From positions 32,001-96,000 of the forward strand of contig CAVTWJ010000009.1 of assembly GCA_963738405.1 (NCBI GenBank): a stretch of 64,000 bases of DNA, in the 5' to 3' direction. The notes beneath the pieces are model-generated. The model was not told where the DNA came from, ran no database searches, and saw nothing but the letters and a program-made list of their open reading frames with translations. The DNA comes from a candidate division FCPU426 bacterium. GTDB taxonomy: Bacteria > Oederibacteriota > Muellerivitia > Muellerivitales > Muellerivitaceae. The translations under genes were made by a program, and so were the position numbers. Positions within the stretch are counted from its first letter, which is position 1, and each line of letters opens with the position of its first letter. Below are positions 58,348-64,000 of this stretch, piece by piece.

Positions 58348-58806
58348 TTCTTCCCTTTCCTTATAGTGATTGATGGGAGGTTTTTATTCTTTCCCCGCCC
58401 ACGAATCTGAATGAACCCTTTTGTCCCTATCCGGGCTTGCACCCTGAAAATGCCTGGAGGGTTGGAATTGGAAAGCTTCCCTGCAAGGAAACTTTAGGAT
58501 GGAAATTCCACGGGCCCAATATTTACCGGTATTTTAAGTGGATTTGGGAAGATCGGGCCTCATTAAATCCAAACTATATTTTTTATTCGCGATGGAATAA
58601 AGGCGCGGCAAATGACGCCATATCAATCGCTCCGACCTTTCCGACGGCTCTGGCAAACGGAACAAAGGTTGGCGGCTTTCCTGGGTTCAACCCACCCAAA
58701 CCTCCATTGGTGGGTTTTTCATGTTCATTTACATTGAACTACTCTCCAGAGTGGAACGGCCCAAGGTTATAATAGGGGCCGGTAAGGGCCACTTTCGGGA
58801 GGGCTA

Positions 58807-59790
58807 GTGAAGACCGCGGTCATCGGTTCGGGCAACATGGGGACGGCTATGGCGCTGGTGCTGGCCGACAACGGCCACACGGTGGCTTGTTGGGACCATA
58901 TTCCTGAAGTTGTGGAAGACATCCGGAAAAACCACGTCAACCAGCGGTTTTTGCCCGGCATCAACCTTCCACCCGGGGTGACCGCCGACCACCTCTTGAA
59001 CCATGTGGTCAAAGAAGCCCAGCTCATCCTCGTCTGCGTCCCCTCCACCTATTTTGGCCATGTGGTGAAAAGTTTTTCCCCCTTCGCCATGCCCCAGGCT
59101 TTGGTCGTCGGCGCCGCCAAGGGGTTGGAAGCCTCCACTGGGAAACGGCTCAGCGAGGTTTACGCCGTGGCTTCCCCCCATCCCACCGAGAATTACCTGG
59201 CCCTCTCGGGCCCCTCCATCGCCAACGAATTCGCCCAAAAGCGCCCCACCGCCGTGGTGGTGGCCGGAAGCCTGTCCCACGCGCAAAAGGCAGCCGAGGT
59301 TTTGCGCAATCCCTATTTTCACGTTGAGGTAAGCGCTGATTTAGCAGGGGTGGAAATCGGGGGGGTGTTGAAAAACATCTACGCGATCGGATTCGGCCTC
59401 CTCGACGGGTTCAATCACGGCTCCTCCAACCTCAAGTCGGCATTCGCCACCCTGGCCCTTTCGGAAATGAAAACAGCCGCGGCCCATTGGGGCGCTAAGC
59501 CTGAGACCCTGGACGGCTTGGCGGGATTGGGGGACCTGATCACGACCGGATTCTCCCGCGATTCCCACAACCGCCGCTTGGGTGAACTCCTTGGAACAGG
59601 CGTTGAAACCGAGAAGGCCCTTTCCCGCTTGGGCGTCAGCCTGCCCGAGGGCGCGCAAAACGGCCCCATCGTTCTTCGGGCCCTGGGGGCGGGTTCGCCC
59701 ATCCCCCTTGCCCAGCTCATTCAAACCTGCTTAAATCAACCTTCCTCCCGGACCAAATTTATCGACGATGTCTGCCGGTTGCTGGCTTGA
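58807..59790 (+). CDS. gpsA: NAD(P)H-dependent glycerol-3-phosphate dehydrogenase
   Basis: GSGNMG, KGLE, SGPSIANE, LKNIYAI, GLGDLITT and SHNRRLG motifs. Confidence 0.93.
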   Translation: MKTAVIGSGNMGTAMALVLADNGHTVACWDHIPEVVEDIRKNHVNQRFLPGINLPPGVTADHLLNHVVKEAQLILVCVPSTYFGHVVKSFSPFAMPQALVVGAAKGLEASTGKRLSEVYAVASPHPTENYLALSGPSIANEFAQKRPTAVVVAGSLSHAQKAAEVLRNPYFHVEVSADLAGVEIGGVLKNIYAIGFGLLDGFNHGSSNLKSAFATLALSEMKTAAAHWGAKPETLDGLAGLGDLITTGFSRDSHNRRLGELLGTGVETEKALSRLGVSLPEGAQNGPIVLRALGAGSPIPLAQLIQTCLNQPSSRTKFIDDVCRLLA

Positions 59791-59832
59791 GGGTCTCGAG
59801 GGGTCCATTCAGATTCCCGAAAGGCCGCCGCA

Positions 59833-60270
59833 ATGGGCATTGAGTTTGTTTCCCATTTTCCCGAGTGGCACCACCTTCTTCTAAAGGTCAAGGACGCCGA
59901 CCTTTCCATCCGTTTTTATTCCGAATTCTTAGGTATGGCCGCCGTTGTGGATCAGAAGGACAACGACGGCTGCCGTTGGGTCTGGCTCCGGTTTTCCGAA
60001 AATCCCACCGCGCCCTTCCTGGTTTTAATGGAGGAGGGAAGCCTTAAAAAAGGCGCGACCGCCCAGGCCACCCTGCCTACCCTTTCCTTTAGATTGAACG
60101 ACCTGAAACCCGTGGAAGAAATAGGGGCGAAGGCCAAACAAGAAGGTTGTCTGGTGGAGGGGGCGCATTACGGGGGACACATGAGGGGATATTTTTGCGT
60201 GCTCTCGGACCCCGACGGCAATCTGCTGGAATTCGCCTATGTGATCACCCCCAAACCCGGGCAGGCCTAA
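59833..60270 (+). CDS. VOC/glyoxalase family protein
   Basis: HLLLKVKD...SIRFYSEFLGM and DPDGNLLEF motifs. Confidence 0.85.
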   Translation: MGIEFVSHFPEWHHLLLKVKDADLSIRFYSEFLGMAAVVDQKDNDGCRWVWLRFSENPTAPFLVLMEEGSLKKGATAQATLPTLSFRLNDLKPVEEIGAKAKQEGCLVEGAHYGGHMRGYFCVLSDPDGNLLEFAYVITPKPGQA

Positions 60271-60303
60271 GCGTCGTTTAACCCTTTAACGCGGGAGTTC
60301 TCC

Positions 60304-61860
60304 TTGACGGTTCTTACCCCCCTTCGAAAAAGCCTCTGGGCTTTTTCCCCTTGTGAGTTTCTGATCTCCGCTCTCTTCGGCATTTTTTACCTATTGGCCT
60401 TGTCGGCTTTCTTCGCCGAGCGGCCGGGAGCTGCTCCCGCCCTTTTGGAAGCCTCTTGTAATATCCTGATTTGGACCGCCTGGATGGCGCTGGTGGCCTT
60501 CCGACGGCCTCCCCCCTTTGGGGGATGGGGATTGGTGCGGGGTCTCGGCCCCTGGCTGGGCTTGGTTTTATGCTACAGCCTCATGAAGCCCCTGGTTCCC
60601 GTCTTGCATCCAAAACTTTTTGACGCGGACTTGAAAAGCCTCGACCTGGGCTCCATGGGGAAGGGACCCTCCCTTTGGGAAAGGGGTCTTTTGGGCCACC
60701 CGCATCTCACCGATCTGTTAAGTCTTTGCTACTTGGGCCTTTTCGCCTGGCTGGTCGGCCTGATCCTCTACCACAGCTGGTTCCGGCGGGCCCTTTACCA
60801 GCGGTTCATGCTGGGGTTGATATTGGTCTATATGGGCGGCTTTCTCGGATACCTTCTCTATCCCGCCATCGGCCCCCGGTTTGCCTATCCCCAGGAATGG
60901 ACCTGGCTTCAGGGGGGATGGATTTTCCAAACCGCCGGGGGCCTGATTTCCCGGCTGGGGGCGAGGTTCGACGTGTTTCCCAGCCTGCATGGGGCCCTTT
61001 CCGGTTACCTGGCGGCGTGGCAGTTTCGGCACGACCGAAAGTCACTGGTTTGGGGCATCCCCTTGGGGCTTTCCATCTGGCTTTCGACCCTTTTCCTGGG
61101 GTTCCATTATTTTCCCGATCTGGTGAGCGGGGGGCTTTTAGCCTTAGTCAGCGCTTGGGCCGCGCCGAGATTTGAAAAAATGGCCAGGGCTTACCGCCAT
61201 TCCTTCCATCCGCCCCTGGTGTGGTTGTTGGATTTGACCGAGGGCATGGAAAAGCCCTCCGGCCGGCTGGCCGAGCGCTTGAGCGAGATGCTGGCCCTGG
61301 GCGTGGATACGGTTCCCGGGTTTCTTTGCGGGGAGGAATCGCCCTCCCGGGCGGAGGAACCCCTCAGGCGGGCGTTGAAGGACCTGGGAGGGGGGCCCTT
61401 TTGGCTGAGACCCTCCAGGGGGCCGGTTTCCCAACCGAGGGCCTTGAAGGCTTTATCCCTGGAACAGGTGGCGCGGACCCTCTTGGACAGGGGGTCCGAA
61501 AAGGAGCGGTGGATCGTCCAAAAGGCAATCAAGGTCCATGCGCTCGGCGTCTGCCGCGGTCTTCCCCCGAAGGGATCGGCTTTAAGCGAGGTTCAATTGC
61601 GGGTCACCCTTTTGGCGGGTGGAAAAACATCCGCCTTAAGGCTGTCATCCAGGCCGCTTTTGTTCAGAGGCTGGTTTGAAAACCCGATGGGCTATTTCCC
61701 CCCCTCGTTTCCATTGAGGGGGTACCAGCTTTTTGAGCTTGTCGGGGTCGCCCGCCAATTGGCGGCCCGATGGGGCCGGGGGGCGGAAATAGAGTGGGCC
61801 CTAGCGGAGGGAAAGATGTTTATTTTGGATGCGAGACAACACCGGGAGGCACGGCCTTGA
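60304..61860 (+). CDS. PAP2-superfamily (Aur1/IPC-synthase-like) membrane enzyme fused to a degenerate PEP/pyruvate-binding ATP-grasp-like domain
   Basis: YPAIGPR, FPSLH and HYFPD motifs; C-terminal GVDTVPGF, WIVQ and EIEWAL...FILDAR. Confidence 0.75.
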   Translation: MTVLTPLRKSLWAFSPCEFLISALFGIFYLLALSAFFAERPGAAPALLEASCNILIWTAWMALVAFRRPPPFGGWGLVRGLGPWLGLVLCYSLMKPLVPVLHPKLFDADLKSLDLGSMGKGPSLWERGLLGHPHLTDLLSLCYLGLFAWLVGLILYHSWFRRALYQRFMLGLILVYMGGFLGYLLYPAIGPRFAYPQEWTWLQGGWIFQTAGGLISRLGARFDVFPSLHGALSGYLAAWQFRHDRKSLVWGIPLGLSIWLSTLFLGFHYFPDLVSGGLLALVSAWAAPRFEKMARAYRHSFHPPLVWLLDLTEGMEKPSGRLAERLSEMLALGVDTVPGFLCGEESPSRAEEPLRRALKDLGGGPFWLRPSRGPVSQPRALKALSLEQVARTLLDRGSEKERWIVQKAIKVHALGVCRGLPPKGSALSEVQLRVTLLAGGKTSALRLSSRPLLFRGWFENPMGYFPPSFPLRGYQLFELVGVARQLAARWGRGAEIEWALAEGKMFILDARQHREARP

Positions 61861-62528
61861 AAAAAAGCCTGTGGCTTTTAAGCCTCGCGGCGATTTTAGT
61901 GATATGGGCTGGCTGTGTCCCCATCAGCCAGAATGTTCCCGTTTACGCGCCCGGCCAGGTTGAGTACCGGGGAAGAAGCCCTCTGGATGTCTGCCAGCCG
62001 CACTCCCTGCCGCATCGTTTGATTGCGGCGACTGCCAGTATGCCTTCTTCCATGCTGGTCGTAGGCGGCGCCGAGATGAACGACCAGGCTGATTTCGATT
62101 ATTGGTGGAGCCAGGTGAATGCCCAACTGGACCCCAGTGTGCCCGTCAACAGCAAGGGCGAACCCTTGATCGATTGGGCCAACCAAACGGCTTATTTCGC
62201 GGTGATGCCGGTCAATAACACCTGCCAAACCGTTTCTCCCTACCAGGATGGGATGAATACCGACTGCTATACCATTTCTGTTTTAAATTACATCGAAACC
62301 GCGGCTCCCCCCTGCAACCCCGGGCCTCTGAGCCAGATTCCCGTGTTCATTTATATTTTTCCGAGGACCAACCTTCCCCTTTCCTTCAAATGGATCACCC
62401 CCACTCCCCAACCGAGCCCTACCTACACCCCGACCGCCACCGTGACCGCCACACCTACCGTTACCCCCACTCCGGCACCCAGCCCTATCCGCAAACACAG
62501 GAGGCGGCATGTTCAACAGCCGGTTTAA
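61857..62528 (+). CDS. Lipoprotein with Thr/Pro-rich C-terminal tail
   Basis: TTG start coupled to the upstream stop, lipobox WAGC, TPTPQPSPTYTPTATVT tail. Confidence 0.7.
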   Translation: MKKSLWLLSLAAILVIWAGCVPISQNVPVYAPGQVEYRGRSPLDVCQPHSLPHRLIAATASMPSSMLVVGGAEMNDQADFDYWWSQVNAQLDPSVPVNSKGEPLIDWANQTAYFAVMPVNNTCQTVSPYQDGMNTDCYTISVLNYIETAAPPCNPGPLSQIPVFIYIFPRTNLPLSFKWITPTPQPSPTYTPTATVTATPTVTPTPAPSPIRKHRRRHVQQPV

Positions 62529-62970
62529 CAGGTTTGCGGCCCTTCTCCTGGGACTTTTCTGGGTGATGGGAGCGGAAAGGGCCAGGGCCGCCAATGAGCT
62601 GGTGACGGTCCCCTTGGTCTTGGGCGACTATTACGCCTGGGCCTATACCGAGGCATTTGAGGACGGGGCCAATGTTTACGGCTTTACCACGGCGGGAGTG
62701 GACGCTCTTGGGTGGGGCTGGCTGGCTTTTTCACCCGATTACACGGGGCTGTTTTTTGTGAACGCGGCGGGCATCTCCAAAACCGTTTATCCCGCGGTGG
62801 TTCTGCTGGCCTCCTCCGACCCGCAAATCCGTAACCGGGCCTGGATCGCCTTGGGCACCCACGCCTGCACCCTCTTGACCCTTGAATTCCTGGGCCGTCC
62901 CGAGCTGGGGGTGCAGGCCATGGGCCCCCGGGGAGATGGAACGGGCGTGACCCTGGCTTTTCGGTTTTAG
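62509..62970 (+). CDS. Hypothetical exported/membrane protein
   Basis: Signal peptide, hydrophobic body, C-terminal GVTLAFRF beta-strand; RBS aggagg. Confidence 0.65.
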   Translation: MFNSRFNRFAALLLGLFWVMGAERARAANELVTVPLVLGDYYAWAYTEAFEDGANVYGFTTAGVDALGWGWLAFSPDYTGLFFVNAAGISKTVYPAVVLLASSDPQIRNRAWIALGTHACTLLTLEFLGRPELGVQAMGPRGDGTGVTLAFRF

Positions 62971-63076
62971 GATCGGATTCGTCCCGAATCCTTTTTAAAA
63001 TGATTCTTGATGCGCTATATTGCGGCCTGAATTTCATAGGTTCTTTCATCTCAATCCATTCGTCGGGGGTCATGCT

Positions 63077-63676
63077 ATGAAGGTGGTTTGTTTCGATCTA
63101 GAAGGGGTGCTTGTTCCTGAGTTTTGGGAAGAGTTCTCGAAAATGACGAAAATCCCCGAACTGATGAAAACGACCCGGGAAGAGCCGGATTACGATTTAC
63201 TGATGAAAATGCGGATCGCCGTTTTGAAACAGCACCATCTCGGCATGAAAGAAGTGCACCAGATCGTCTCCCAAATGAGCGCTCTCCCGGGCGCGAGGGA
63301 GTTTTTGGATTGGCTCCGAACCCGGGCGCAGGTGGCCATCCTGACCGGCAGTTACTACGACTATATCGGCCCGCTCCTGGAAAAGATCGGAAACCCCTTC
63401 ACCTACGCCAACTCCTTGCTCATCGATGAACAGGGGATGATGGCGGGCTATCAGTTGCGGGAGCCGGATGGAAAAATTGAGGTGATCCGGCGTTTCAAGG
63501 AAGGCGGCTTCGGAACCATCGCGGTGGGGGACTCGTTTAATGACGTTCGGATGCTTAAGGGCGCCGATGTGGGGATTCTCTTCAGGGCCTGTGACGCGCT
63601 CAAAGAGCAGGAAAAACAGCTGCTCCGCGCGGAAACCTATGACGAATTAAAAGGCATCCTGGAAAAATTAGTTTAG
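63077..63676 (+). CDS. thrH: Phosphoserine phosphatase / homoserine phosphotransferase (HAD)
   Basis: DLEGVLVPEFW, TTREEPDYDLLM and GDSFND motifs. Confidence 0.9.
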   Translation: MKVVCFDLEGVLVPEFWEEFSKMTKIPELMKTTREEPDYDLLMKMRIAVLKQHHLGMKEVHQIVSQMSALPGAREFLDWLRTRAQVAILTGSYYDYIGPLLEKIGNPFTYANSLLIDEQGMMAGYQLREPDGKIEVIRRFKEGGFGTIAVGDSFNDVRMLKGADVGILFRACDALKEQEKQLLRAETYDELKGILEKLV

Positions 63677-63733
63677 AAAAATCAAAGCAGCAAACATATC
63701 GATAGATTGAATTCACGGCGAGGGTGGAAGGTA

Positions 63734-64000
63734 TTATTCGATGTTGTAGTTGAAGACTAGGCTTATTCCCTGAAAATTCTGCTCGGCTTGGTTGGCGTTA
63801 AAGAGAAACTTGGCCAACTTGGGCGAGTAGAAAAGCCCAGCCGGTTGGTATTCCCGTCCGGCTTGAATGTCCAATTCCGCCTCGTAATTTTTCAAAAAGG
63901 TCACGTCGATCCCTAGGGTCAGGGACGGCATCTGATCCGTCTCATTATTGAGCGGATGGACGTTTGCGTGGGTGACATTTTGCCATTGGTAGGTCGTGTC
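63734..64000 (-). CDS. C-terminus of a probable outer-membrane protein (starts outside the window)
   Basis: Frame open from 64000 (DTTYQWQNVTH...); amphipathic strands ending QGISLVFNYNIE. Confidence 0.55.
   Translation of the reverse strand, partial: DTTYQWQNVTHANVHPLNNETDQMPSLTLGIDVTFLKNYEAELDIQAGREYQPAGLFYSPKLAKFLFNANQAEQNFQGISLVFNYNIE

Noticed and set aside
58650..58740. c-di-GMP-I riboswitch, suggested by ggcaaac and nearby hairpins
   Set aside because: No GNRA-capped P2 and no GCAAAG/P3 element. Only a hairpin (aacccacc/ggtgggtt) and a short palindrome (gttca-N7-tgaac) of unknown meaning.

Overview
This is a gene-dense, GC-rich bacterial chromosomal window with about 60 CDS. I found no rRNA, tRNA, CRISPR array, integrase or transposase. 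The organism is a diderm, shown by TolC, several outer-membrane beta-barrels and lipoproteins. The abundance of GT-C glycosyltransferases and Thr/Pro-rich exported proteins resembles uncultured lineages such as FCPU426, but that taxonomy is only an inference. Main contents: (1) an AT-richer Xre/MbcA-RES toxin-antitoxin pair bracketed by a duplicated 3' end of the neighbouring GT-C/PA14 gene; (2) a stand-alone, degenerate mrpB-C-D; (3) an arsenic operon (arsC-arsM-acr3-arsC) headed by a Cys-rich MerR regulator and a ZntR-type 20-bp-spacer promoter instead of ArsR; (4) a MarR-TolC-EmrA-EmrB efflux operon; (5) a LuxR-HTH regulator followed by three lipoprotein genes, two frameshifted at 6-nt homopolymers; (6) a rhomboid plus rhomboid-like pair behind a radical SAM gene; (7) a mucin-like Thr-rich lipoprotein with 195-bp repeats; (8) an ECF sigma factor with an FlgD-Ig anti-sigma; (9) a PAP2/IPC-synthase-like protein fused to a degenerate PPDK-type domain; (10) four structured intergenic elements, including a candidate ncRNA or switch at about 20.3 kb. 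All family calls come from reading motifs by eye; no searches were run.
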